Positions 37,946 through 51,714 of a DNA stretch of 64,000 nt are shown in pieces. A program made the translations under genes and the position numbers. The stretch comes from Vicugna vicugna (lineage: Eukaryota). The DNA lies in assembly GCA_013265495.1 (NCBI GenBank), contig MU061579.1, positions 5,888,963 through 5,952,962 of the forward strand. Direction: 5' to 3'. Below the pieces are notes generated by a model that saw only the letters and a program-made list of their open reading frames with translations, made no database searches and was not told the origin of the DNA. Position 1 is the first letter of the stretch, and every line of letters starts with the position of its first letter.

Positions 37946-39360
37946 TGGCCCATCACGGACACTCATCTCTCTATTTCTCCATACTCCTGATCATCCAAAG
38001 CTTGTTGTTTCATTTGACATCCATAAATTTTCCATTTATGACTTTATATGTAAGCCAATTTGAATCTCTAGTCTCTGAAGCCCAATTATGGAAGAGTATA
38101 TTGGCTTGAAATGTAATCAAAGCTTTTAAACTGGATTATAAATGGTAAAGCAGCAATAAACATACACCCACTCTGACCACAGGCATCTAATCATCCTTAA
38201 AGATAACGAGATTTACCTGGGAAGTTTATCTGGTCCATTAAGGCAATTTTTCTCTGACTAAATGTAAGGAGTTACATTTCTTAGTAAGTAATCTGTGAAA
38301 AGAAAAACAATTTAGGTTGCAACATCTGACTGCTGGAGCTACGCTAATCTTTCAGTCCCCCAACTGCATCTGCTTTAGAATGTAGTCCTCTTTGGTGCCC
38401 GTTTTTCCCCAGTAAATGAAGCAGAAAGATGTTCTTTCCAATGTATGTTTTCTCAGGCAGTGACAAAGACCCAACGTACTAATTCCTGCCGCAGCCGTGC
38501 CTTTCACATTCCCATGCCTATTTGTTACACACTTGGGTTATCTCTTACATAGCTGGGTGTGAGTGGTTCTGAGGAATATTCTCTCTATATTCATCACATA
38601 AAATGATTTTTTAAATAAAAGCAAAAAATATATATTTAGGACAGATATGAGGTTTTTTGGGCTACATTTCAGAGTAACTTTACTGTCTATTAGCTCTTTT
38701 GGAAATTAAAAAACAAATGAACACCAATGGAGTTACAAGTGAAACTCAGACTTAAGAACTGGAAACCAGAGTTGGCAGCGCAGGATAGCAATCAGTCCCA
38801 GGACAGCCTAACATTTAATAAGCCAGTGATACTTATGTGCACATAAGAGTTTCAGTTTCATAACTTAAACAAACAAAAAAAATTAGAAAGCCAAGATAAC
38901 ACGTCACTAGGACCTTAGCTATGACTGTCTCTCACTGTGTCAAATCTTCTCTTAGATTTTTAATTCTGGCTTCATCATTCTGGCTTGACCAAACTCAAAA
39001 ACCTTAGCTGGGTGACTTTGAGCTTATCTGAAAAATGATGATGCCAATATTAATTTACAAGACTGTTGTCAAGATTAAACCAAATAAAACATGTAAAGTA
39101 TTTAAATAAGTGTTTAAATGTTTAAAAGGGCAGGTAAAGTACAGTCAGAATGCTTCTTGGTAAATATGGTTAAAGTTATGTGACATAACTATTTCCAGCA
39201 TGGTGGTACATGTACTATTCAGAGTAGAGAGTTTATGTGAAGAGTTGGTATCTCTGGTCCGGGATATCACCAACCGTAGCTTGGGTTTGACAGGCTTTTC
39301 TAAATCCTTTTTCTGTTTCACAGCAGAACAAATAACTCATAGTGGTTTCTTTAGACAGGG

Positions 39361-39828
39361 TGCTATGGATCACACTGTGTCTTCCCAAAATTCACATGTT
39401 AAAGTCTTAACCCTCAGCACCTCAGAATGTGGCCTTACTTAGATATAAGATCATGGCAGATACAATTAGTAAAGCTGAGGTCATATTGGAGAAGGGTGGA
39501 ATTCCAATTCAAAAGAACTGATTGCTTACAAAAGAGGGAAATTTGGACACAGATGCACAGGGAGAACATCATTTGATGATGAAGGCAGAGATCGTGGTGA
39601 TGCAGCAGAAACCACAAACTGCCAAAGATTGCTATCAAATCCCCAGAAACTAGGAGAGAAGCATGGACAAGGTTCTTCTCCACAGCCCTCAGAAGAAGCA
39701 AACCATGCTAACACCTTGATCTTGGACTTTAGCCTCCAGAACTGTGAGACAACATGACAACACCTTTGTGTTGTTTAAGCCACCAGGTTTGTGTAAATTC
39801 GTCATGGCAGTCCTTACAAACTAGTACA
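39361..39828 (+). mobile_element. MLT1B/C solo LTR
   Basis: tgctatggatcacactgtgtcttcccaaaattcacatgtt...ttagcctccagaactgtgaga...aactagtaca. TSD caggg / cagga. Confidence 0.9.
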
Positions 39829-39947
39829 CAGGATAAGACCTCTACCTTAACTATAAACATCTTGTGTTGGCCTAGAATTATTCTACTCTTCAAAATAAAT
39901 GGCATCTCTCTGCTCTGATTCATTTTTAAAAGCCTTTAGAAAGTGTT

Positions 39948-40400
39948 TGTATCAGTCAGGGTTTCAGCAGAAAGCAGTCAACAGCCTCAGCTGAGCATTT
40001 TTAATGAAGGAACTATCTATAGAGGTATGGGAAGTGCTAAAGGAACCCGCAGGATGTTGAGACACCCAGCAGGAAGCAATAGCAACCAGCTAATATTGCC
40101 CCCCTCAACCTGCAGGAAAAAAGGTGGGGGAAATGAACGTCATTAAGCCTGGCTGAGAGCAGCAGTCATGAAATAAAGGCTGTCAGATAGAAGCCACCAC
40201 CTTAGGGGGCACAGTACAGCAAGAATCACATTGAAACAGGGACACAGTTGTGGGGGGAAAAAATGCTCTGATTTATAGAAGGTTCTTTTTAGGTGATGCC
40301 AGCCAGAAACCAGAAAGCAAAGAGGTCCCAGCAATGCAGTCCGTAGGGGTCAGCCTTCCAGGGCACACAGCACACAGAGAAGGGCAGAGAGAGAACCAGG
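39948..40400 (-). mobile_element. Old ERVL-class LTR
   Basis: tgtatcagtcagggtttcagcagaaag...gggtcagccttccagggcacacagca. Confidence 0.55.
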
Positions 40401-40404
40401 GACC

Positions 40405-40930
40405 ACGATGATGCTTTTGGCTTTGAGTAAAAAATTGCCTGACTAAAAGTGGCTTAAGCAAATGTAATTATTTGTTTCATTTTTTTAAAAATGTCTGATG
40501 ATCAAACTTTTAGAGTTGGTTCAGCAGTTCAGTGATGCCAGGGCACTAACCTTCTTCAGGAGTCTCTTAATTTTCTCTCACGGTGAAAATGGATCACCGC
40601 ATTTCCTAACGTCACACCATCACACAAGTAAGTTCAAAGCCGAGAAAAAGAAGGTCAGGGAGTTTTCACTTTTTCTTCTCTTTCTTTTGCTAATATGACC
40701 ATTTTCCCCAGATTTCCCCTTATATCTTACTGGCTAGATCGGGGTCACATGGCCACCACTCATCCAATCACTGACAAAGGGAAATGGAATCATCACGATT
40801 GTCTTCATTTATTCATCTCTTGGATCAGGTGCCTCCTTCCTTTAGGCAGAGGCTGCCTATAAAATAACAGCAAAAGTGAACTGAGAAAAACAGAAGAAAG
40901 CTCAGGAAGAAAAGGCAACCACCGCATCTC
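40405..40930 (-). mobile_element. Old MLT1 (MaLR) LTR
   Basis: aaaagtggcttaagcaaat...tactggctagatcggggtcacatggccaccactc. Confidence 0.6.
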
Positions 40931-41339
40931 CTTACTTCCAAGTCCCCAGGATCAGAGTCCCACCGTTCTCTCCCAGTACCGACAACACCTCACAATTCTA
41001 CTCCTTCTCTTCCTGCAGCTCTGGTACTATTTAAGCTCAGCTCTAACTTCTATCATGGTTGAAAAGTCAGTGAAATCCAGTCCAGTCCTGTCCTTGTCAC
41101 CAGTGATCGTAGGAATCTCATAGCTTCTCCCTGCCTCTCTCTGCCTGGTTACTGAACTGAGATGTGGTGTAACTTCAAAATATCATCGGCACTTTTGTCA
41201 TTATCAATGTATGGTACATGAACAAGTTGGAAAATACCAAGCTAAGGGAGCTTTTCACAATAAGAACACAGATTTTGCTGAATAATTAATATTTCAAAAA
41301 ATCAATGTTAGTGATAATGTAAAAATAGTTTTCCAAAAT

Positions 41340-41520
41340 AAGAGTCAGAAATTCTGATTTTAATCTCACTTCCTGCTGACTTACAGTGTGAACTCCATTC
41401 AAGAAGAATCGTAAGCTCTCTGAGCTCATTTCTTCATCACAATATTAGGGTAGAGGGCTAATGTTACAACCACCTCACAGAATATCTATGAGCAGTTTGG
41501 GATGTGGGTGACATTCTACA
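41340..41520 (+). mobile_element. MIR fragment
   Basis: agtcagaaattctgattttaatctc...ctctctgagctcatttcttcatc...acctcacagaat. Confidence 0.55.
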
Positions 41521-43534
41521 ATTTCAGATCTACAAATAACAGTAATTAACATTTACACTTTTTAGCTTACTAAATGCTTTTATAAATGAAGGGAGAGGCA
41601 AATTTGTTGACTCTATTTGTCAATACTCTCAAACTTTGAACTTAACACATCTGCTTTGAGATTTCCCCCCATTCTACTGGTGAATATTAACATCCTAATA
41701 CAGTGTGCCCCAGTTTCATAAAGTCCAAGCTAGCCTAGATGGGTTAGGTTTATTTTCGTATCATGAGCCGATCCCCTGATACCAGTTGGTTGCCAGCTTG
41801 TGCAGGTGGAGATCATGATGCATACTTGAAGAGCAAGACAACTCCTGTCTTCAGAAAAACCTTACACTGTTACTAGCATTCCCTCACGTTTTCTCCAAAC
41901 CTGACAAATTCACAGTAGCCAAGCTTACATCTTTGATTTACTGACAATGTCACATTATTATTTTCATATTGGAGGAAAGCTAGCCTGAGAACAGTCCAAA
42001 TAATTGACTTATAGAGGTGCATTTTGAATTCTAAAAGCTTCAGCAAGTTCAAAATGTTCTCAATTACATATTCTTAAGGTTTTCTGAGTATATACACTTC
42101 CATTTCTGCAGGGCATAGAATACTTTCAAGCTATTAAGTTACCAGACTCCCAAAATAATGCAAGAAAGATATTTCCTTCTCAGAAAAGTCCTGAAGATGA
42201 TCAAACAACACTTAATCTCCCTGCTGAAATGACAACTGATTCCTTATTTTCCACATGAAATATACTAAGTTTAAAGAAGCAGGTGTGTCACTGCAGTATT
42301 TTCTCATCAGAAATCTACTTTAAAACTAAGGATAAAGACAGCTTTAAACATCATTTGGTATTTACAGTAGACACCTGAGGCTCTATCATTTTCCCAATAA
42401 GCCCAGAAATATATGTGCTGCATTAGTGGAATATGCAATAAATAGAGTTTTATGAGTCCAGGGAATCTATTCATTACGTGTTTGTGAGCCTTTAGAAACA
42501 TTAAACAGTATAAACGTTATAGCCTATGTAATCTTCAACTGATAACTTAAAATACTGAAGTGTATACAATATTTTATCACTAAATTTGGGCACATTTCAA
42601 AGGCTCTATGTATTCAACCTTTGCCATAAACAAATTTGCTTAATAGACGTATCAGTAGAATTCATGTTTCAGAAATGTTTCTCGAACCTAACTTTCATAA
42701 AACGTCCTCCCATCATTACGGGCATGTAGAACAAGGACTACGCACTTACCATTATCTGGATTCAATTTACTCACTGGAGTCATTCTTTTCAGTCATTTTC
42801 CAGTGAACTGAGGGTGAGCCTGTCACGTGAGAATGTTCCGAATGCTTTGGAGAGGGGCTCAGACATGCCTGTGTGAGGCATCGTGGCCTGAGGCTGGAGG
42901 CCTGGCTACAGAGTTTCCTGTAGTTGGACGATCTCACTGGGTTACTATTGTCATTGTTAGAAGGGGTAGACAAGTAATATTGGAACTCAGTCTCTTGAAT
43001 CTTTCTCCAGAACCTTTTCACATTGTTACTAATATAGAGTTATTCTGTCCCCACTGAAGATTCAGTATGTCTTGACACCTCCCCTCTCCTTTGTCTGAAA
43101 AATGAGTGAGTGTATCACCTCAGGAAAACAATAACTTCTTTTCTGACTGTAGTAGAATCAGACTCCTCTTACTGTGTTTTATCATCAAAGGACTTGATAT
43201 GCTAAGAGGAAGTCTAAATCGAAATACGGAAAAAGTGATTGTAATAAATGTGATGGGCCCATTTTTTCCTTGACCCACAGAATATGTCACCACACATTCA
43301 GAATTTGTAGAGAAAGTGAAAGTTGAGTAACTTAACCATACTATGTCTCTAATTAGAATGTTCCACAAAGGAAGATGCTCTGTGACACACAATCCACAAA
43401 AATGATGCTACCAGAGCCTACCACAGTCCAGGGAAGAAGGGACCATCACTTTTTCACTATCCCAAATATTGCCAGGAATTTCTGAGTACCTAAAGGAGGA
43501 TTTAATCAGTTCTTCACTCAACAATATGACGGTT

Positions 43535-43900
43535 AGTACACTGAGCAAAACAGAGCTTCTGGGGATTATAATGCAATTGTACAGGCTTACAAAATCCAAA
43601 ATCTGTAAGTAGGCCAGTAGACTGGAGAACCAGCAAAGAGTTGCAGTTGGAGGTCCAAAGGCATTCTTTTGGCAGAATTCCTTCTTTTTCAGGGGAGGTC
43701 AGTCTTTGTTTCACTAAGACCTTCAAGTGATTGGATGAAACCCAACCACATAGTGGAGGGTGAACTTCTTTACTCAAAATCTACTGATTGAAATGTTAAT
43801 CTCATCTAAAAAACACCTTCACAGAAACATCCAGAATAAGATTTGACTACATTAACTGGGCACCCTGGCCCACCCACATTGACATAAAATTAACCGTCAG
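43535..43900 (-). mobile_element. MLT2 (ERVL) LTR
   Basis: aaatgttaatctcatctaaaaaacaccttcacagaaacatccagaataa...gacataaaattaaccgtca. Confidence 0.8.
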
Positions 43901-43901
43901 A

Positions 43902-44441
43902 GAGGATTTCCCCAAACCATCTTCAAGTTTGATGATTTGCTAAAGAAAAAGTCACAGGAACAAGTGGAAATCTATTATACTCATGGTTACGTTTATCATA
44001 GGAAAAGGATGAAGAAAGTCAGCCACAGGAAGACAGAGATAGGGGAGAGTCTCAGGGTCTCCTTAGAATGTGTTACCCTTTCAATTTTCATGTGTGACAA
44101 TCTGCACAGAGTGTTGACAACCGAGGAAGCTCCCCCAAACTTCAGTGTCCAGAGTTTTTCTTGGGGGTTAATTGTGTGGACATGATTGATTGGTTAACTG
44201 CCCATGTGTTTGAACTCTATCTCACTCCTTTCTGGAGGTCAAGCCAATATTATGTGGCCCAAGGAGCCCTTCGCAGGTCATGTCATTAGCATAAACTATC
44301 AGGTACTGTTCGTGGGGCCTGCTGTAAAGAACAAAGGCATTCCTATCATTCAGGAAATTCTAAGGGCTTGGCGGTTACCTGACAGGAGACAGAGACAAAG
44401 GTGAGATGACTCTTTGGGTGAGGCTAAATTCCCCACTGCAC
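43902..44441 (-). mobile_element. MER21-like LTR
   Basis: ccccaaaccatcttcaagtttgatgatttgcta...atactcatggttacgtttat...tagcataaactatcaggt...ctgcaca. Confidence 0.75.
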
Positions 44442-45977
44442 ACTTGTTCATCTTCATCTACTTGACTCCTAATAGAGTCTGTTCTCACACCCCACAACCA
44501 CAACGGTGTGTCCTCCACACTTCCCTGTTGTTCTCACCACAAAATGTTAGACCTAGTTGTGTTCCTAACTTCCCCCCAGCCTCATTCTAAGTTGTACTCC
44601 TGCTCCAGTTTCTCCACTGCAGTGGTGCAGTCCTTCTCTGTTCCTTTAGCACAGGACCTTGGCTGGGCTGATCCTTCAGCCATCAGTCGTTCTTCTTCCC
44701 TCTCCTCTTTGCCCAGTTAACTAGGACTAATGCCTCTCATTTCTTTGCCTTTACTCAAAGTCGTTTTCATTCTATAATTAAAATGTTCTTTCCCACAAGA
44801 TCTTCATCTGCATCCAGAAGAACTCTGGTTGATTCCATGCCTCATCGTAATCCAGCATTTAGCTTTATTATGTAATAAGTGTGAATTAAGAATTGTTTAA
44901 CTAACCAAGGTCATTATGCTCAAATTGATTCACCCCAGTCCTAAGAGTGGGACTTGGGGAATAAACACATTCTCCCCATCACATAATCAGCACACGTTTG
45001 TGGAGCACTTAAATGCAAAGCTTTGTGTAACTGGAATCCATGGCACACAAAACAGTGGTGATGAGGGAAGATGTCTGGAGCCATTATGTTATGTAGCTGG
45101 AAGTAACAAAGACGTAGTCTCCATTGGCTAGTGTGAATGATGTCCATCTTTCCATATTTCAGGGAATTGTAACTATAAGCAACCTGAGATGTTCATTCAA
45201 GTACCTAGAAGTGAACAAATATTCTTACCTTTAACTCTGATTGGAGTTTGTTTTCTGTTCAGCTCCACAGAATTAGGGAGGCACAAACTGACAACAAAAC
45301 TCCCAGCAGGAATCCACACGAGATTTGGGTAATGAGTCATGCTGATCACAACGTTCTCTCATTATTTGCTCACATACACCCTGGTGTGTCATCTCAGAAC
45401 ACACGTGCAGAGACGGAGCAAACAGAGCCTGCTTGTGCATTTGCTTCTTTCTTTCCAACACAGATGTTTGGCAGCACTCAGGAGACAGGGCACTGTGCTA
45501 ATCCTGTGCCACGTTTGTTTGTGTTTATCTTCAAATATATCTAACTGGTTTAAAGCCATGAATTTTTTTAGCCATAATTACAATTATAGCTCTGGGTGAC
45601 ATTGTGGATGGGTTACTATGTATCTAAAAAGGTAGGAAAGTTTGCTTCTGGGAATGAATGAGTGGATGTAATGATTCTAGAAGCAACAATAGGTATCATA
45701 AAGAACCCAAATCAGTATTTTTATGGTGGAAGTTGATGTGTTGCTGCTTTCTTTCCCTAAGTAAAAAAAAAAAAAAAAAAAAAAATCAGATTTGGAATAA
45801 ACAACTAACATTTGTATAAAAGCTGAAAATTCTAAATGCATGGGTTATTTCAAAAGATAATAGAAAATATAGAATTGGAGAGACTATACAGTGAATTCAT
45901 CACTTAGTATAAGATAGTTTGGATTGTCCAGATATTCAAACATCCTGAAGCACAATTCCTTCTTGAACTCTCTACTT

Positions 45978-46800
45978 ATTTTTTTTAGTTATATAAGTTT
46001 CAGGTAAATAGCATTATAATTTGACATCTGTGTACATCGAAAAATGATCACCAGTATAAGTCTAGTTATCATTCATCACCATACAGTTGACCTCTTCACG
46101 CATTTTACCCACCTACAACCTACTTCCCCTCTAGTAACCACTAATCTCTTCTCTGTATCTTTGAGTTTTCTTTGGCTTCATTAGATTTCACATATGAGTG
46201 AAATCATACACTGTCTTTTTTCTGATTTATTTCACTTAACATAATAACTTCAAGGTCCCTTCATGTTGTCATAAATGGCAGAATTTCATTCTTTTTTATG
46301 ACTGAGTAGTATTCCATTGTACATATATATTCTACCTCTTCTTTCCATTCATCCATCAGTGGACCTTTAGGTTGTTTTCATATCTTGCCTATTGTAAATA
46401 ATGTTGCAATGAACATAGGGGTGCATATATCTTTTAAAATTAGTGTTTTCATGGTTGTCATATAAATACCTGTAAGTGGAATAGCTGGGTCATATTTTAG
46501 TTCCATTCATAATTTTTTGAGGAACCTCCATACTGTTTTCCAAAGTGGCTGCACCAATTTTTGTTCCCACCAATGGTGCATGACAGTTCCCTTTTCTCTA
46601 CATCCTCTCCAGCATTTGTTACTTCTTGTCTTTTCTGTAACAGCCACTCTGATATGGTGAGGTGATATCACATTGTGGTTTTGATTTGCATTTCATTAAT
46701 ACTTAGTGATGCTGAACATTTTTTCTTGTGCCTGTTGGCCATCTGCTTGTCTTTTTTGAAAAAAAAATGTCTTTCAGATCCTTTGTTCAATTTTAAGTCA
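45978..46800 (-). mobile_element. L1 (L1MA-like) 3' fragment
   Basis: Canonical antisense L1 ORF2 end and 3' UTR. TSD aactctctactt (45966-45977) / aactccctactt (46801-46812). Confidence 0.92.
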
Positions 46801-46974
46801 AACTCCCTACTTTGAGTTTCTGAGTGCCTTATATTTGAAACCTCTCTCAAAGATGAAAGAACACAGAAATAAACTGGAGACAGACAAAAATAGTAAAATT
46901 TAAGTATACAAAGGCTTTGGGGGTAAATTGGGTTTTAGTAGGTACATTTTCAGAATAGCTGAAATTTTTGCCTT

Positions 46975-47135
46975 TAACACTAACTGACACTAACCTGTGT
47001 CACATGTCTATTATGTGCCAGGAACTGACCATGTGCTTAAGAATTTCCTATTATTTCCTTATTTTGTGAAGGAAAGAACTAAGCACCAAAAATGTTGAGA
47101 AAGTTGTCCAAATATCTACAGTTACTAATAGCTGA
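46975..47135 (-). mobile_element. MIR fragment
   Basis: ctattatgtgccaggaactg...ccttattttgtgaaggaaagaactaagcac. Confidence 0.55.
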
Positions 47136-47905
47136 AAATGCAAAATACCTGAAAGATTCATTCCAGCCTTTTAAAATAGAAATCTGCCTAAATTAGAGCC
47201 TAGGTAACTGCCTTGCCCCTGTGTAATAGAAATGTACAACTTCAGTGCCCAGCACTGTGCCTGCTATATTACATGCACACAATATTTATTGAATCATTAA
47301 AGAATTAAAAGAAAAAAAGTAGAAAAACAAAGAAAAAAAGATTTAAGCTTTTGTTGATAACACAGAGTTATCATTAAAATCCGTAAAATAAGAATACCTA
47401 TCAAGCTTTCCTCCAATTTCCTATTTCTATATCTAATGGATACTGTCTTGGAAGAATTTAGCCAAGTGAAAAACAATAGTATTTGTAGACAAATGCATGT
47501 CGTCCAGCATGAACTTTTGTGACATTATTTAGACAACTCATTGCTGCCTCTTTTTCTTTTAACTTCCTGACTTTGAATTATTTTAGGAGAACTGAATCCT
47601 GGATATCTGAGATTTTCTGCTGGTTTTCTAGTTTTTTTTTTAATCCAAATTATATGTTATTGTTAAAGGTCAGTGGCTATCATATATTTCTCTTCTAAAA
47701 AGTGAAGTCATCCACAGCAGGAAAAGTATATATATGCAGTTGAATATGAACCTAATTTCATCATTTATTCCTTACATTCTTTTCTTATAAATAGAACTGT
47801 GTTCAGTTGTAGAAATGAATCTCTACATTTCTCTCTCTCTGTTTCTCTCTCCACTTTTTTTTTACATGAGGTTTGTAATCTAAAATTAGACACACCACAA
47901 TTTCT

Positions 47906-49192
47906 TTTTTTTTTTGCCTTTTTTAAATTGAAGTATAGTCATTTTACAATGTTGTGTCAATTTCTGGTGTACAGCATAAAGTTTCAGTCATATATATACA
48001 TGTATATTCCTTTTCATAGTCTTTTTAATCATAGATTACTACAAGATATTGAATATAGTTCCCTGTGCTATACAATATAAACTTGCTTTTCTATTTTATG
48101 TATAGTGGTTAGTATCTGCAAATCTCAAACTCCTGATTTATCCCTTTCCTCCCCTCTGTCCCCTCTGGTAACTGTAAGTTTGCTTTCTATGTCTGTGAGT
48201 CTATTTCTGCTTTGTAAATAAGGTCATTTGTGTCTTTTTTTTTTTTTTAGATTCCACAAATAAGTGATATTATATGGTATTTTTCTTTTTCTTTCTGGCT
48301 AGTATACTTCACTTAGATTGACAATCTCCAGGTCCATCCAGGTTGATGCAAATGGCATTATTTTATTTTTTATGACTAAGTAGTATTCCATCATATAAAT
48401 ATACCACAACTTCTTTATCCAGTCATCTGTCGATGGACATTTCTATATGTTGGCTATTGTATATAGTTCTGCTATGAACATTGGGGTGCATATATATTTT
48501 TGAATTAGATTTCCCTCTGGATATATGCCCAAGAGTGGGGTTGCTGGATCATATGGTAAATCTATTTTTAGTTTTTTAAGGACTCTCCATACTGTTTTCC
48601 ATAATGGCTGCATCAAACTACATTCCTACCAGTGGTGTGGGTGGATTCCCTTTTCTTCACACCCTCTCTAGCATTTACTGTTTGTGGACTTTTGAATGAT
48701 GGTCATTCTGATTGGTGAGAGATTGATACCTCTTTGTAGTTTTGATTTCCATTTCTCTGATAATTAGTAATTTTGAGGATATTTTCAAGTAACCATTGGC
48801 CATTTGTATGTCTTCATTGAAGAATTGCTTGTTTAGGTCTTCTGCCCATTTTTGGATTGGGTTGTTGGTTTTCTGTTATTAAGTTGTATGAGCTGTTTGT
48901 ATATTCTAGGAATTAAGCCCTTATCAGTCACAAGGTTTGCAAATATCTTCTCTCATTCTGTAGGTTGGTTATCTTTTTGTTTTGTTTGTGGTTTCCTTTG
49001 CTGTACAAAAGCTTTTAAGTTCAATGAGGTCCTGTTTGTTTATTTTTGCTTTTATTTCCGTTGTCTGGGTAGACTGCCCTAGGAGAACATTGCTAAGATT
49101 AATGTCAGAAAATATTTTGCCTGTGTTTTCTTCTAGGAGGTTTATAGTGTCTTGTCTTATGTTTAAGTCTTTAAGCCATTTCGTGCTGAGAT
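47906..49192 (-). mobile_element. 5'-truncated L1 (about 1.3 kb)
   Basis: Minus ORF KWLKDLNIRQDTINLLEENTGK...KLKSF-like is the L1 ORF2 C-terminus. Perfect TSD accacaatttct (47894-47905 / 49193-49204). Confidence 0.95.
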
Positions 49193-50484
49193 ACCACAAT
49201 TTCTAAACAGAAAAAAAAGGCTTCCTCCAGAGCTTTATGTGTCATGGTTCCTTGCTTACTCCTTTCTATCTATTTCCCAGTGAAATTTCTGTACACTCAC
49301 TTTGTTCAGAGGGGTTTCCCAGCTGATTCATGTGTCACCATGCACTAACATGTAGATTAATGATATCATTTATAATTTAAATTATTTCATGATGTCTTAA
49401 CCTTTGCCATTTAATTTAGTTCATGGATATCTTAACCCATAGAAGTGGCTAATGTGACATCTAAGAAGATTAGAGTGTAAGAGGAAAAATCAGAGAATAC
49501 AACAATGGATCAGAAAGGAGGTAAGTTAGATGAACCCAACAATATGGGAAGAAATGCCTTCCCATCTAAGAAAAGTTGTCCCAGAGAAAGATATGTGCCA
49601 AAATTTCTGAGGCTAGGCACTTCTGTTTGCTGATAAACCTAGTCTTTGTTCTTTTCCACTAAAACTTTTAAATGCTCCCCCCACCCCCATTTCTGGAGCC
49701 TGTTATGAATCATTTTATAGATCAAAGAAGAAAGAGAAAACTATCAGCAGTTTGTCAGACACATTAGAAAGTAGAGAAATTCTCAAGATATGCATCAGTC
49801 TGAAGAGTCTAGGAAATCACTTCTCAAAAGTAACTGCCTACCAGTGGACATCTGCCCTCCTAAATCACCAGGAATCAACTTTATTGAATCAGTTAAAGCA
49901 GCTCTTCATTTTTTTTTTCCTGTTGATCAGAATTTCATTAAGCGGTTCTTTAATGCTCCATGACTTTGTTTGCTCTGGATTTACATTACTCAACCATATC
50001 CCTTAAGCTTAATTAAGTTTGTTTGTTCAAGCTTTGAGTACTTTTCTCTGTTCTGCAGCAAAATGAGGTAAAAATCAAGGGACACTCCTTCATCTGTGAA
50101 GCTGTCAGTCCATCATTTCTTGAATATTGATTTTGGGGGAGGTTGTGACATTCCCTAGGTAAGCATGTCAAGTTTGTTGACAGAGAGCTCTCTACTTAAT
50201 TGAATATGATGCCCATACGGGAAGTGATGGAGTATGTCAGTGATGTGTAAGTTTTCTCTCCCACTGGGTGTGCAGTGGAGGGTAATGCTATTCCATTGTG
50301 TACTGACCAAACTCCATGTGCCTTGTCTTATTACTTCAGTATCTTTTTTTGTCTTAAAGACCTCAAAGCAATGCAATTACTCATCCAAGAGATGATTATG
50401 CATTAAAAAAACCTGAAGCATGAAATATCAGATGAGGATAGTCATAAATGTTTTGCCACATGAGTAATAATTTTAATTTGGTCG

Positions 50485-50635
50485 CCAAACTTGCAATGTA
50501 GTTTTACTCATCTGTAATATGGGAGTAATGACCATCCTTCCTGTCATTAACTACTTCTCCACAGTGTTGTAAAGATTAATTTATGTTCTTCAATGGCTTT
50601 TCAAATAAAAAGCATAGTGTAAATGTTAGTTTCTA
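50485..50635 (+). mobile_element. Ancient CORE-SINE (MIR3/amniote MIR-like) 3' part
   Basis: agttttactcatctgtaatatgggagtaat...cacagtgttgtaaagattaatt...tgtaaatgtta. Confidence 0.55.
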
Positions 50636-51714
50636 AAGATAGCTTTCCCTGGCCAGAGCTAGCCTTTTCCCTGATTAATGTCTAAAATGCTGCATGAGAA
50701 ATAAAATTGTTCTTGTACAATAACAAAGATGTATTTTTCAGTTAGTTTTAAAAGAGGGAGTACAGGTTAACTTACACAATGTTATATGTCAATTGTATCT
50801 CACACTGAAAAAAGGGAAGATAACTTGAGAAAAAAGTTCTCAATACTTTACAAAACTTATTCTACTTATCAAACAAATTGCTTACTTGCAAAAAGTTTAG
50901 CTACATCAGCTTAAGAAATATATTATTTAAACCATTCCTTTATAATTTAAAATTTTTTGATAGAAAAAATAAATCACTGATTTCACCCTAACAAATTGCA
51001 TTGTATTGTACTGCTAAGTTATACAAATTAGTCTAAAACCACTTCTTCTGATAATGTATGTAAAAATATTCTATGGAAACATTCTATAGAGTCTGGATTT
51101 TTCAAGGTTTCATTCGGTTCAAAGACAGATTTAAATGATTGGTCTCTAAGTCCTCTGGCTATTTCATATCTGGCAAAATTATAAGGTACAGAGTTTCATA
51201 AACATGAGTAAAAATGAGAGAAGTAATTCCGTGTGCTGGAACCTCCGATGAAGCATTAACATTGCTGTGCAGCTAAGTAACACATCGGGTGTTAAGGGGC
51301 TCAACATCCAACAGCCTGGTCTCCCGCGCCTTCCGTGAATGAAGGAATGTCAGTTACATTTTCTGGCCCCTTGTCAGTTTTACTTCTGCGCAAATGTCTT
51401 CTTGGTCCACTCACTCCCATTCGGTCTTTTTTCTAGATCCTGCTGTAACTGGATGCATCTTAAACCCTTTATCTTCGCATTTAAAGCACAGTGTCCACAA
51501 TACCCAAGAGCTGACTCCTTATCTCCACACACGTGACCCTCAGGTATCTTCTGAAACTCAACATCAAAAAGTGGTGCAATAAGCACATTCTCCTACCTTC
51601 GATATCTTTTCCTGCTCTGCCTGAATGAATGACAACACTATCCAATTAGTTGTATACCCACATCTTACCAAGAACACATGAAGATGCCCTGAGGACTTCC
51701 TAATCACTAATTTC

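Noticed and set aside
38430..38565. Plus-strand AG...GTGAGT candidate exon
   Set aside because: Stops in all three frames.
51380..51586. ORF with a CxxC-like motif (YCGHC)
   Set aside because: Short, has a non-ATG start, partly overlaps L2-like sequence, and matches no family I know.
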